Positions 1 through 13,699 of a stretch of 64,000 nucleotides of DNA are shown piece by piece. Position numbers and translations under genes: made by a program. The notes below the pieces were generated by a model that worked only from the letters and a program-made list of their open reading frames with translations, did not search any database and had not been told where the DNA came from. The stretch lies in assembly GCA_002269645.1 (NCBI GenBank), contig NIVC01000173.1:620001-684000 (forward strand). The letters run 5' to 3'. The stretch comes from Macrostomum lignano. Lineage: Eukaryota. The first letter of the stretch is position 1, and the number at the start of each line of letters is the position of its first letter.

Positions 1-745
1 ATTCTAAGAAACATTCTAGGATTATTCTAAGATTGATAACCTCATAATTTATTAATAGGATAATCCTGGTGGCAGCTATCAACCTAAGAAGAACACTTAA
101 GAGAATAGTAAATTAGCACTGTAACAACTTTGGTGGCATAACGGTGAAATTCTTAGAGCCAAAAGGCCTGTTACAACTTAGTGTCTCAGTGGTGGGATTC
201 TCAGTGTATAGGAATCACCACTGTAACAACTTTGGTACCAGCAGTGGGATAACTAAAGAGGGAAGCAAACCCCTGTAACATATATATTAATATATAATTG
301 CACAAAGAAGACATCTTTTATTATTTATTCCTAATTACAAATTTTATGTTTGTCACTATCTGATTTTAAACAAAAAAGCTTACTTACAAAAAGGTAGTAT
401 ATGAAATTATTTCATACCTTATTTAGCTATATGACTACCTATAGGGCTAGTCTAGGCTATTTACAAACAAAATAGAAAATTTCCAAAGCACAACTCTCGT
501 GTGAGTAGAGTCAGTGCCAGATAAACCTGCTCCAGTGGGGGGTCAAAATAATAAAACTGTTGTCAATAGGGCCTAGTTCCATGCTAATTGCCAAACTTTG
601 CCCTCAATGCATGTATAGGGCCTAGCTAGTTAGTGTAGGGCTATGTGAATCATTCATTTACCCATCCATCTATATTCTATACGTTGCTTAATTACCTAAA
701 ATATTGAAGGGCCTATTCAACACTTTTTATACCCAATGCAGGGAT

Positions 746-1611
746 CAGTGTTGGGCACTTCCGTTACCGAGTAACTTGCAAATGGTAACGCAAGTTACTT
801 TTTCGTAAAGCGTTCCTTACGCAAGTTACTTTTTTATTTTAGTAACGGAGTAACGGTAAGTTACTCAAATTTCAGAAGTCCGTTACAGTTACTTTGCAAC
901 AATCGCAATATTTAAATTTAAAACTGAAATGCTTAGCTATTACGCCGGTTGTCACATTTTTTTTGCATTTTTCATTCCTAATTCAAAATTAAGTGAATAG
1001 TATCATTTGGTATTGCGCTTTAATTAATGAAGAAATACTTAAAACATGTTTTGCTTAGTTATAATTTCAGTAAAATATTTTCGCCTTTCATTTTATTTTT
1101 CAATTTTTATTTCTCATTTTCAATTTACTAAAAATTTTCAAGTTTGATTCAAACAAACAACCAAAGAAAGAAATTCGTCTGTAGCCTCCACAAGTCCCTC
1201 CACTGGCACTGCAGTACACTACACCATTTTATACAGTTATTTATTTTACTCTATTGAATTATTGATATTCGTTTATTTTATCATTTATAATTTTAATTAT
1301 TGATTGCCATTGCCCATCGGTCCTTCTACTTGCCTCACATCGTGTCGCCAATTGCTGTCTCTGTCTGTTAATCGGTTAATCCCAATGCCCAATGGCAAAT
1401 TTCGGTAACAACAATGTAAAAAAATGCAATGTGAAAAAAGCAGAAAATTTTGTTAATAACATGGGTAACGGAAGTGAGTAACGGACAGTAACTTAAAAGT
1501 TACCGGGTTTTTGTCTAAAGTTACTAGGCTAACGTAAGTTACTTTTTAAAAATTGGTAACTTAAGTTACAGTAACGCAAGTTACTTTTTTTGAGTAACTT
1601 GCCCAACACTG
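746..1611. mobile_element. hAT-type MITE (866 bp)
   Basis: 12-bp perfect TIR CAGTGTTGGGCA at both ends; exact 8-bp TSD GCAGGGAT at 738-745 and 1612-1619; many subterminal GTAAC/GTTAC motifs; no ORF. Confidence 0.92.
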
Positions 1612-2540
1612 GCAGGGATGCAGCTTGACTACAAATGCTAATTATCAATATTCTACAGCACTGACACAGTGAGAGTGACTGGGCAAACAAGTCAAAAACT
1701 ACGAGCGCTGTCAGCTTCTATAATGAACGTTTTGGCCGAGGAAGCATTATCATTCGGATAATGGCCTCTTGTCTATACACGACAAAAATTAAAAAAATAG
1801 TTCTGAATGACGATCTCAACAAATAGTCGATTCTGTTAAACTATATAATATATCAAAGCTTCGAACAATGATCACAGAATTATACCTGACTTTTACGTCA
1901 CGTTAGTTGCAAATTCATAAAAGTTAAGAAAAGGAAAGCGTAGCCCATTCATCAATTATACGATACCATTTAAATTTTTATAGTTTTCGTGTGAAACAAA
2001 AAATAAAAAATGCATGAGAATGCTATTTTAAATAATTAGCCCGACTCATCAACACGTTATAACATTATCTTACAAAAAATATTTATAAAAAAGTTATATT
2101 ACTTTAAAGTTAAACTTTTCAAAAGCATTTTTATCAGGTAATATTTAAGTTCCTGCTTTATAGCAGTCCTATGTTTTATTTAGTGGATTTGGAACCGGAT
2201 ATTTCGTGGAACTTCATTAAAAATTAAGCACCCAAAAGTGGTAGTTATAAGTTAAGTTACACGATGTTGATTACAAATGATTTATTTATTGCGCTAGTCG
2301 TATAATTTCGAACGGTTCAATTATTCCCAATACTTTACACAACGACTACCAAGTACCCCTGAGTCGTCCTTCGTACATCCTTGTTTTAGTACCTACTAGC
2401 TAACAAAAAACCGAAACTACATGTTAGGTACAAACTAAACTCGAGGATTATACTGCGCAGTATACCCACGTATGAACATATCTGCATGTGTTCGTCTAAA
2501 ATTCAAGTTACCATGTATACGTACATGTATGCTATTTACA

Positions 2541-4278
2541 CAGGGGCGTCGCCATGGATTGTATGGTGGGGCCAATATATATAATTCTACGTGTACATGT
2601 ACATGACCAAATTCCTACATGTACATTATTTTGAGAATCGGTGTTGTCAGCGCTTACTTTTAGCGCTGCAGGCACTCATTTTAGCTCCGCAGGCACTCAT
2701 TTTGGCGCCGCAGGCACTCATTTTGGCGCCGCAGGCACTCATTTTAGCGCCACTGGCACTCATTTGAGCATTGCAGGCACTTATTTTAACGCCGCAGGCA
2801 CTCATTTTAGCGCCGCAGGCACTCATTTTAGCGCCGCAGGCACTCATTTTAGCGCCAAAGGCACTCATTTTAGCGTCGGAGGCACTCATTTTAGCGCCAA
2901 AGGCACTCATTTTAGCGCCGCAGGCACTCATTTTAGCGTCGGAGGCACTTATTTTAGCGCCACAGGCACTCATTTTAGCGCCACAGGCACTCATTTTAGC
3001 GCTGCAGGCACTCATTTTAGCGTCGGAGGCACTCATTTTAGCGCCGCAGGCACTCATTTTAGCGTCGGAGGCACTCATTTTAGCGTCGGAGGCACTCATT
3101 TTAGCGCCGCAGGCACTCATTTTAGCGCCACAGGCACTCATTTTAGCGCCAGAGGCACTCATTTTAGCGCCACAGGCACTCATTTTAGCGCCGTAGGCAC
3201 TCATTTTAGCACCGCAGGCACTCATTTTAGCGACGCAGGCACTCATTTTAGCGCCACAGGCACTCATTTTAGCGCCGCAGGCACTCATTTTAGCGCCACA
3301 GGCACTCATTTTAGCGACGCAGACACTCATTTTAGCGTCGGAGGCACTTATTTTAGCGCCGCAGGCACTCATTTTAGCGCCACAGGCACTCATTTTAGCG
3401 CCGCAGGCACTCATTTTAGCGTCGGAGGCACTTATTTTAGCGCCGCAGGCACTCATTTTAGCGCCACAGGCACTCATTTTAGCGCTGCAGGCACTCATTT
3501 TAGCGTCGGAGGCACTCATTTTAGCGCCGCAGGCACTCATTTTAGCGTCGGAGGCACTCATTTTAGCGTCGGAGGCACTCATTTTAGCGCCGCAGGCACT
3601 CATTTTAGCGCCACAGGCACTCATTTTAGCGCCAGAGGCACTCATTTTAGCGCCACAGGCACTCATTTTAGCGCCGTAGGCACTCATTTTAGCACCGCAG
3701 GCACTCATTTTAGCGTCGGAGGCACTCATTTTAGCGCCGCAGGCACTCATTTTAGCGTCGGAGGCACTCATTTTAGCGTCGGAGGCACTCATTTTAGCGC
3801 CGCAAGCACTCATTTTAGCGCCGTAGGCACTCATTTTAGCACCGCAGGCACTCATTTTAGCGCCACAGGCACTCATTTTAGCGCCACAGGCACTCATTTT
3901 AGCACCGCAAGCACTCATTTTAGCGCCACAGGCACTCATTTTAGCGCCACAGGCACTCATTTTAGCACCGCAAGCACTCATTTTAGCACCGCAGGCACTC
4001 ATTTTAGCGCCGCAGGCACTCATTTTAGCGCCGCAGGCACTCATTTTAGCACCGCAAGCACTCATTTTAGCACCGCAGGCACTCATTTTAGCGCCGCAGG
4101 CACTCATTTTAGCGCCGCAGGAACTCATTTTAGCGCCACAGGCACTCATTTTAGCACCGCAAGCACTCAGTTTAGCACCGCAGGCACTCATTTTAGCACC
4201 GCAGGCACTCATTTTAGCACCGCAGGCACTCATTTTAGCACCGCAGGCACTCATTTTAGCGCCACAGGCACTCATTTT
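2541..4278 (+). mobile_element. CAGGGGC-type MITE left end carrying an expanded 21-bp tandem array
   Basis: Starts CAGGGGCGTCGCCATGGATT, the same end as the complete copy at 34966-35390; array of GCAGGCACTCATTTTAGCGCC at about 2665-4278; no right TIR seen nearby. Confidence 0.75.
2665..4278. repeat. 21-bp satellite, about 77 copies
   Basis: Unit GCAGGCACTCATTTTAGCGCC; accounts for the spurious ORFs 2641-4500, 2647-4374 and 2771-3196. Confidence 0.97.
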
Positions 4279-4938
4279 TTTTGGCGTGTTAGTAAACGTG
4301 CCGATAGAATTGTTGCAGTTTTCACATGTTACAGTATGTACGTGTGTAGCATGTACACCCACTTTTATAAACAATCAATTGAATTACATAGCAGCTATGG
4401 TGTGACTAAAATTGAGAAAGCATTATTAAAAGATTCCACTCATCTTGGAGCTCTCGGTAGAAAGCATTCAAAAAGGCAGTGTAACAATTACGCAGTTTAA
4501 CAATACCTGAGAACTCGTATAATACTCAACAAGACAGATGCACTTCAACAGTTTTTTTCAGAAACAGAAAATGCATTTTATAGCAATTGAGTTCTCTGTT
4601 CTTCTTTTCTGTAGAAGAAAGCTCAGGGTATTACTCTAGCTAACTTTTTAACACACTCGCAGTTTGCCTGCAAACCAATCAGGTGTTATACGCAGCTCTT
4701 TTTAATCAAACCTTTCATTCTTGTCGTACAGCCTCCTGATTGGCCCTTGGGGTCTCAAATAGTCTGGAGTTGGGAGAATGACGACAAGAAGTCGGGCACA
4801 TTTAGCTAGCAGCTTTTTCCTAAACTCTTATAGAGCTTGAAGCTTCATCATGGCTGTAAGACAGAATATATAGTGATAAAGAGAGCCGTAGATTGACACT
4901 TGACACTTTCGCAAATAATTGACAGTTTTACTGACGAA

Positions 4939-5071
4939 ATGCCGTCCTGCTCTGGTGGTAGCCACCAGCAGCAGCAGCAGCAGCAGCATTTCACTCCTCA
5001 TACGGTGCTTCATCAGCAGCCTGGTCTCTGCTCCATCACACTGATGCTGCTTTTGCTTTTGCTGATGAGTC
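4939..5071 (+). CDS. nAChR alpha subunit exon 1 (polyQ plus signal-peptide-like stretch)
   Basis: MPSCSGGSHQQQQQQQH...LCSITLMLLLLLLMS followed by the donor C|GTAAGT at 5071; phase 1 matches the next exon. Confidence 0.75.
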
Positions 5072-5104
5072 GTAAGTTTTATACTGCATGTTTTGGTTTC
5101 CATA

Positions 5105-7825
5105 ATCACTGGAACTGTAAGCGTAACTTACTTTCCAAATCATTGGAACTGGATGCTTACTTTCCGAATCACTGGAACTGGATGCTTACTTTCCGAATCA
5201 CTGGAACTGGATGCTTACTTTCCGAATCACTGGAACTGGATGCTTTCTTTCCGAATCACTGGAACTGGATGCTTACTTTCCGAATCACTGGAACTGGATG
5301 CTTACTTTCCGAATCACTGGAACTGGATGCTTACTTTCCGAATCACTGGAACTGGATGCTTACTTTCCGAATCACTGGAACTGGATGCTTTCTTTCCGAA
5401 TCACTGGAACTGGATGCTTTCTTTCCGAATCACTGGAACTGGATGCTTTCTTTCCGAATCACTGGAACTGGGTGCTTACTTTCCAAATCATTGGAACTGG
5501 GTGCTTACTTTCCAAATCATTGGAACTGGGTGCTTTCTTTCCGAATCACTGGAACTGGATGCTTACTTTCCGAATCACTGGAACTGGATGCTTTCTTTCC
5601 GAATCACTGGAACTGGATGCTTACTTTCCAAATCATTGGAACTGGATGCTTACTTTCCGAATCACTGGAACTGGATGCTTACTTTCCGAATCACTGGAAC
5701 TGGATGCTTTCTTTCCGAATCACTGGAACTGGATGCTTACTTTCCGAATCACTGGAACTGGATGCTTTCTTTCCGAATCACTGGAACTGGATGCTTACTT
5801 TCCGAATCACTGGAACTGGGTGCTTACTTTCCAAATCATTGGAACTGGATGCTTACTTTCCGAATCACTGGAACTGGATGCTTTCTTTCCGAATCACTGG
5901 AACTGGATGCTTACTTTCCAAATCATTGGAACTGGATGCTTACTTTCCGAATCACTGGAACTGGATGCTTACTTTCCGAATCACTGGAACTGGATGCTTT
6001 CTTTCCGAATCACTGGAACTGGATGCTTTCTTTCCGAATCACTGGAACTGGATGCTTACTTTCCGAATCACTGGAACTGGATGCTTACTTTCCGAATCAC
6101 TGGAACTGGATGCTTACTTTCCGAATCACTGGAACTGGATGCTTTCTTTCCGAATCACTGGAACTGGATGCTTTCTTTCCGAATCACTGGAACTGGATGC
6201 TTACTTTCCGAATCACTGGAACTGGATGCTTACTTTCCGAATCACTGGAACTGGATGCTTACTTTCCGAATCACTGGAACTGGATGCTTTCTTTCCGAAT
6301 CACTGGAACTGGATGCTTACTTTCCGAATCACTGGAACTGGATGCTTTCTTTCCGAATCACTGGAACTGGATGCTTTCTTTCCGAATCACTGGAACTGGA
6401 TGCTTTCTTTCCGAATCACTGGAACTGGATGCTTACTTTCCGAATCACTGGAACTGGATGCTTTCTTTCCGAATCACTGGAACTGGATGCTTACTTTCCG
6501 AATCACTGGAACTGGATGCTTTCTTTCCGAATCACTGGAACTGGATGCTTTCTTTCCGAATCACTGGAACTGGATGCTTACTTTCCGAATCACTGGAACT
6601 GGATGCTTTCTTTCCGAATCACTGGAACTGGATGCTTTCTTTCCGAATCACTGGAACTGGATGCTTTCTTTCCGAATCACTGGAACTGGATGCTTTCTTT
6701 CCGAATCACTGGAACTGGATGCTTACTTTCCGAATCACTGGAACTGGATGCTTTCTTTCCGAATCACTGGAACTGGATGCTTTCTTTCCGAATCACTGGA
6801 ACTGGATGCTTACTTTCCGAATCACTGGAACTGGATGCTTTCTTTCCGAATCACTGGAACTGGATGCTTTCTTTCCGAATCACTGGAACTGGATGCTTTC
6901 TTTCCGAATCACTGGAACTGGATGCTTTCTTTCCGAATCACTGGAACTGGATGCTTTCTTTCCGAATCACTGGAACTGGATGCTTACTTTCCGAATCACT
7001 GGAACTGGATGCTTTCTTTCCGAATCACTGGAACTGGATGCTTACTTTCCGAATCACTGGAACTGGATGCTTTCTTTCCGAATCACTGGAACTGGATGCT
7101 TTCTTTCCGAATCACTGGAACTGGATGCTTTCTTTCCGAATCACTGGAACTGGATGCTTTCTTTCCGAATCACTGGAACTGGATGCTTTCTTTCCGAATC
7201 ACTGGAACTGGATGCTTTCTTTCCGAATCACTGGAACTGGATGCTTTCTTTCCGAATCACTGGAACTGGATGCTTACTTTCCGAATCACTGGAACTGGAT
7301 GCTTTCTTTCCGAATCACTGGAACTGGATGCTTTCTTTCCGAATCACTGGAACTGGATGCTTTCTTTCCGAATCACTGGAACTGGATGCTTTTTTTCCGA
7401 ATCACTAAAACTCTTCTATCGCTTAGTTTCCAAATCATTGGAACTGGAAGAATCGCTTACTTTCCGAATCACTGGAACTGGAAGCTTAGTTTCCAAATCA
7501 CTGGAACTGGAAGTATAACTTAGTTTCCAAATCACTGGAGCTGGAAGCTTAGTTTACAAATCACTGGAACCGGAAGCTTAGTTTCCAAATCACTGGAACT
7601 GGAAGCATCGCAATTAGTTTCCAAATCACTGGAACTGGAAGCATCGCTTAGTTTCCAAATCACTGGAACTAGAAGCATCGCAATTAGTTTCCAAATCGCT
7701 GGAACTGGAAGCTTAACTTACTTTCCAAATCACTGCGTGGAATTTTAAGCGTCCTTTGTTCCATATATACTGAAAGCAGCATTATTCGCAATCACCTGTT
7801 GTCAATCACTGGAACTGGAAGCATC
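5105..7825. repeat. 29-bp satellite (about 80 copies plus degenerate tail) in nAChR intron 1
   Basis: Unit TTCCGAATCACTGGAACTGGATGCTT(A/T)CT; stop-free on +, giving three spurious ORFs of 770-872 aa. Confidence 0.97.
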
Positions 7826-8274
7826 ATCATTGATATTTCTAAAATTAGTTGAAAATGAATTTGAATTTTTCTATTTCAAAAAGTTCATGCAACTTTTTAT
7901 TGCTTATAACACCTAGACGCGTGTACGGGGAAATAACTGTACAGGGCTACGGCCATACCACCGAAGCGAAACACTGCACCCACTGCAAGGTCCAGATTAA
8001 AAAATGGGGTCAGTGGAACTGCAATCCAACACAGGTGTCGCCAGGAAGCGTTAACAACTTCTTTTTTTAGGCTGGCAGTAAGCCAAACTGCTAGCTATAT
8101 TGCCTTCTTTGCTTGTACGATAATCCCATTTCTTTTTGGGATCCATTTCATCTCTATGTCAGACAAGAAAAAAATCCTGAAAAAGCAGATTGTCTGGGCT
8201 TCGGTGAAACATTATTTCATTTCAGTCGGCCTTCGCAGTTATGCCCAGAGTGACTAATTGAACGAACCTCGAAA

Positions 8275-8975
8275 GCCAACCCTAACCCAAAGTCCTAACC
8301 CACCTTAACCCAAGCTCTATCCCATAACGAAACAAGGGAGGTTTCATATCTCCGACATGCACTTCATATCTCCGTTAGGCTTAGGGTTAGAGTTAGAGTA
8401 GGGTCAGTGTTAGGTTTTTCGGAGATATGAAGTGTCAGAGATATGAAGTGTCGGAGATATCAAGTGTCGGAGATATCAAGTGTCGGAGATATGAAGTGTC
8501 GGAGATATGAAGTGTCGGAGATATGAAGTGTCGGAGATATGAAGTGTCGGAGATATGAAGTGTCAGAGATATGAAGTGTCGGAGATATGAAGTGTCGGAG
8601 ATATCAAGTGTCGGAGATATGAAGTGTCGGAGATATCAAGTGTCGGAGATATGAAGTGTCGGAGATATGAAGTGTCGGAGATATGAAGTGTCGGAGATAT
8701 GAAGTGTCGGAGATATGAAGTGTCGGAGATATGAAGTGTCGGAGATATGAAGTGTCGGAGATATGAAGTGTCGGAGATATGAAGTGTCGGAGATATGAAG
8801 TGTCGGAGATATGAAGTGTCGGAGATATGAAGTGTCGGAGATATGAAGTGTCGGAGATATGAAGTGTCGGAGATATGAAGTGTCGGAGATATGAAGTGTC
8901 GGAGATATGAAGTGTCGGAGATATGAAGTGTCGGAGATATGAAGTGTCGGAGATATGAAGTGTCGAAGATATGAA
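8275..8975. repeat. 16-bp satellite (about 34 copies) with an inverted unit copy and telomere-like spacer
   Basis: Unit TCGGAGATATGAAGTG at 8418-8975; inverted copies TTCATATCTCCG at 8343-8373; CCTAACCC-like and TTAGGG-like runs on either side. Confidence 0.9.
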
Positions 8976-9159
8976 AGATTTGCTCAAAAGAGTATATTTT
9001 ATTTTGAAATGCTTCTTTTATATGTGTACGAGCTAGTGGCAAAGAAATTGCATTATCTGCATCCTGTGGGATGCCAAAAATAGTTGGTTTTCAATCAACT
9101 CCTTCACTACGTAGTCTTCTTAATCATCTCTATCTCTGTCTTTAGTAAGATACGGATCC

Positions 9160-9860
9160 TCATCCCAGATCCCCATCCCAGATCCCCACTCCAGATCCCC
9201 ATCCAAAATCTCCATTCGAAATTCCCATCTAAAATACCCCATCCCAGATCCCCAGCCCAGATCCCCATCCAAAATCTCCATTCGAAATCCCCATCTAAAA
9301 TACCCACCCCATATCCTCACCCCAGATCCCCACCCCAGATCCCCACCCCAGATCCCCATCCCAGATCCCCACCCCAGATCCCCATCCAAAATCTCCATTC
9401 GAAATTCCCATCTAAAATACCCCATCCCAGATCCCCACCCCAGATCCCCATCCAAAATCTCCATTCGAAATCCCCATCTAAAATACCCACCCCAGATCCT
9501 CACCCCAGTTCCCCACCCCAGATCCCCACCCCAGATCCCCACCCCAGATCCTCATCCGCAGATCCTCATCCCAGATCCCCACCCCAGTTCCTCACCCCAG
9601 ATCCCCATCCAAAATTCCATTCGAAATCCCCATCCAAAATACCCACCCCATATCATCACCCCAGATCCCCACCCCAGATCCCCACCCCAGATCCTCATCC
9701 GCAGATCCTCATCCCAGATCCCCACCCCAGATCCCCACCCCAGATCCTCATCCGCAGATCCTCATCCCAGATCCCCACCCCAGTTCCTCACCCCAGATCC
9801 CCATCCAAAATCTCCATCCAAAATCCCCATCCAAAATCCCCATCCAAAATTCCCATCCCT
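9160..9860. repeat. Complex C-rich minisatellite
   Basis: CCCCA(C/T)CCCAGAT units mixed with CCATTCGAAATTCCCATCTAAAATA blocks. Confidence 0.9.
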
Positions 9861-9907
9861 GACCCTGATCCAAGAGCTAAAACCCTAAGCTGCTCTCCCA
9901 CTCTCAG

Positions 9908-10065
9908 GCCCGAGCCAAGGCGTGCCAGCAGCTCACCGGCTGTACAACAAGTTCTTCGGCAGCTCGGCAAACTCGGCAATGCGCACAGTCCGACCTACAG
10001 ACGGCAACCACACTCAGTTGCTAACGGTCTACCTGGGACTGCAATTGTCTCAACTAATCGACGTG
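9908..10065 (+). CDS. nAChR alpha subunit exon 2
   Basis: CTCAG acceptor; (R)PSQGVPAAHRLYNKFFGSSANSAMRTVRPTDGNHTQLLTVYLGLQLSQLIDV; donor GTAAAT. RLY...RP...L.LSQLIDV is the nAChR N-terminal signature. Confidence 0.9.
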
Positions 10066-10159
10066 GTAAATGCTTTCATGGCCTAGCTTAAACTTGTGCG
10101 GGAATCGGTCTGAAAAACCGAAATCATGCATCAATGTGCTTGAATCCTCCCAATTTCAG

Positions 10160-10204
10160 GACGAAAAGAACCAGATCATGACAACAAATGTTTGGCTCAG
10201 GCAT
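10160..10204 (+). CDS. nAChR alpha subunit exon 3 (45 nt)
   Basis: TTTCAG|DEKNQIMTTNVWLRH|GTAAGT; conserved 45-nt exon. Confidence 0.95.
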
Positions 10205-10276
10205 GTAAGTTATTGTGCATGGCCAATACATCAATTAGTGAGGAGTAGGTTATTGCTATATGCTCAATGAACTTGT

Positions 10277-13085
10277 AAGACACTTCCCTGTTAGACACTT
10301 CCATGTTAGACACCTTCCCTGTTAGACACTTCCCAGTTAGACACTTCCCTGTTAGACACTTCCCTGTTAGACACTTCCATGTTAGACACTTCCATGTTAG
10401 ACACTTCCCTGTTAGACACTTCCATGTTAGACACTTCCATGTTAGACACTTCCCTGTTAGACACTTCCCTGTTAGACACTTTCCTGTTAGACACATTCCC
10501 TGTTAGACACTTCCCTGTTAGACACCTTCCCTGTTAGACACTTCCCTGTTAGACACTTCCCTGTTAGACACTTCCCTGTTAGACACTTCCATGTTAGACA
10601 CTTCCCTGTTAGACACTTTCCCTGTTAGACACATTCCCTGTTAGACACTTCCCTGTTAGATTACTTCCCTGTTAGACACTTCCCCGTTAGACACTTCCCA
10701 GTTAGACACTTCCCTGTTAGATTACTTCCCTGTTAGACACTTTCCTGTTAGACACTTTCCTGTTAGATTACTTCCCTGTTAGACACTTCCCAGTTAGACA
10801 CTTCCCTGTTAGATTACTTCCCTGTTAGACACTTCCCAGTTAGACACTTCCCTGTTAGATTACTTCCCTGTTAGACACTTTCCTGTTAGACACTTTCCCT
10901 GTTAGACACTTCCCTGTTAGACACTTCCCAGTTAGACACTTCCCTGTTAGATTACTTCCCTGTTAGACACTTCCCAGTTAGACACTTTCCCAGTTAGACA
11001 CTTCCCTGTTAGATTACTTCCCTGCTAGACACTTCCCTGTTAGACACTTCCCTGTTAGATTACTTCCCTGTTAGACACTTTCCCAGTTAGACACTTCCCT
11101 GTTAGATTACTTCCCTGTTAGACACTTTCCTGTTAGACACTTTCCCTGTTAGATTACTTCCCTTTTAGACACTTTCCTGTTAGACACTCCCTGTTAGATT
11201 ACTTCCCTGTTAGACACTTTCCTGTTAGACACTTTCCCTGTTAGACACTTCCCAGTTAGACACTTCCCTGTTAGATTACTTCCCTGTTAGACACTTCCCA
11301 GTTAGACACTTCCCTGTTAGATTACTTCCCTGTTAGACACTTCCCAGTTAGACACTTCCCTGTTAGATTACTTCCCTGTTAGACACTTTCCTGTTAGACA
11401 CTTTCCCTGTAAGATTACTTCCCTGTTAGACACTTTCCTGTTAGACACTTTCCCTGTTAGACACTTCCCAGTTAGACACTTCCCTGTTAGATTACTTCCC
11501 TGTTAGACACTTTCCTGTTAGACACTTTCCCTGTTAGACACTTCCCTGTTAGACACTTCCCAGTTAGACACTTCCCTGTTAGATTACTTCCCTGTTAGAC
11601 ACTTCCCTGTTAGACACTTTCCCTGTTAGATTACTTCCCTTTTAGACACTTTCCTGTTAGACACTCCCTGTTAGATTACTTCCCTGTTAGACACTTTCCT
11701 GTTAGACACTTTCCCTGTTAGACACTTCCCAGTTAGACACTTCCCTGTTAGATTACTTCCCTGTTAGACACTTCCCAGTTAGACACTTCCCTGTTAGATT
11801 ACTTCCCTGTTAGACACTTCCCAGTTAGACACTTCCCTGTTAGATTACTTCCCTGTTAGACACTTTCCTGTTAGACACTTTCCCTGTAAGATTACTTCCC
11901 TGTTAGACACTTTCCTGTTAGACACTTTCCCTGTTAGACACTTCCCAGTTAGACACTTCCCTGTTAGATTACTTCCCTGTTAGACACTTTCCTGTTAGAT
12001 TAATTCCCTGTTAGACACTTCCCTGTTAGACACTTCCCTGTTAGATTACTTCCCTGTTAGACACTTTCCCAGTTAGACACTTCCCTGTTAGATTACTTCC
12101 CTGTTAGACACTTTCCTGTTAGATTACTTCCCTGTTAGACACTTTGCTGTTAGACACTTTCCCTGTTAGATTACTTCCCTTTTAGACACTTTCCTGTTAG
12201 ACACTTTCCCTGTTAGACACTTCCCAGTTAGACACTTCCCTGTAAAATTACTTCCCTGATAGACACTTTCCTGTTAGACACTTCCCTGTTAGATTACTTC
12301 CTTGTTAGACACTTCCCTGTTAGACACTTCCATGTTAGACACTTCCCTGTTAGACACTTCCCTGTTAGACACTTTCCCTGTTAGATTACTTCCTTGTTAG
12401 ACACTTCCCTGTTAGACACTTCCATGTTAGACACTTCCCTGTTAGACACTTCCCTGTTAGACACTTTCCCTGTTAGATTACTTCCCTGTTAGACACTTTC
12501 CTGTTAGACACTTTCCCTGTTAGATTACTTCCCTGTTAGACACTTCCCTTTTAGACACTTTCCTGTTAGACACTCCCTGTTAGATTACTTCCCTGTTAGA
12601 CACTTTCCTGTTAGACACTTTCCCTGTTAGATTACTTTCCTTTTAGACACTTTCCTGTTAGACACTTTCCCTGTTAGATTACTTCCCTGTTAGACACTTT
12701 CCTGTTAGATTACTTCCCTGTTAGACACTTTCCTGTTAGACACTTTCCCTGTTAGACACTTCCCAGTTAGACACTTCCCTGTAAAATTACTTCCCTGATA
12801 GACACTTCCCTGTTAGACACTTTCCCTGTTAGATTACTTCCCTGTTAGACACTTTCCTGTTAGATTAATTCCCTGTTAGACACTTCCCTGTTAGACACTT
12901 TCCTGTTAGACATTTTCCCTGTTAGATTACTTCCCTGTTAGACACTTTCCCTGTTAGATTACTTCCCTGTTAGACACTTTCCTGTTAGATTACTTCCCTG
13001 TTAGACACTTTCCTGTTAGACACATTCCCTGTTAGACACTTCCCTGTTAGACACTTTCCTGTTAGACACCACCGCTGTTAGACAC
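10277..13085. repeat. 15-17-bp variable satellite (2.8 kb) in nAChR intron 3
   Basis: Units ACACTTCCCTGTTAG, ATTACTTCCCTGTTAG and variants. Confidence 0.97.
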
Positions 13086-13699
13086 ACAGAGCCAGCAAAG
13101 AACCTGTTAGGCAGGTGTGCGGGAGAGTAATACAGCCAGGCCCCCCCCCTCCCAGCAGAAAGGGCTGAAGCAATTCCTTTGTCATCTCTGGGGGTAAAAA
13201 ATCGATTTAAGTTGCTCTCTGCTTCGCTTCTGTAATTCCTAAAGCCCTATAGTACTGCGGTAAAGCAGAAGCCTTAGCCATGGATTACTGGGAGCCTAAT
13301 ATCTGGAATGGAAAGCCACACACTGTAATATCCGGCAACATCCCGAAGGAAGCTCAAACTCATTTTTAAGAAATAAAAAATAATTTTTTAAACCATTTTT
13401 AGATATTATATGCTTTTTATTTTAGCAATATAATATAATACATCTTTACATTATATGTCCCAATCCAGACACTAAAGAGAGTCTCTATTAGCAGTCCATG
13501 ATAGTGCAACGCCTTTGAGGAAGAGGAAAATTATGAATGAAAAATTGCGATGCCAGACTACACAGATAGGAATTGCGATGCCAGAGAGAAAGAGAAGAAG
13601 AGGAGGAGCCCCAGCTCACTGGCAGACAATGCCTTGAGTCCACATAGAGGAAACTAAAAGACATTCTTTAGCTGCAGACTTCAGACTTCAGGGCTGCAG

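Noticed and set aside
2641-7523. Long ORFs of 575-872 aa (GTHFSAA, KMSACGA and FPNHWNW repeats)
   Set aside because: Translations of 21-bp and 29-bp satellites that are open in several frames or on both strands; only 4939-5071 is a real exon.
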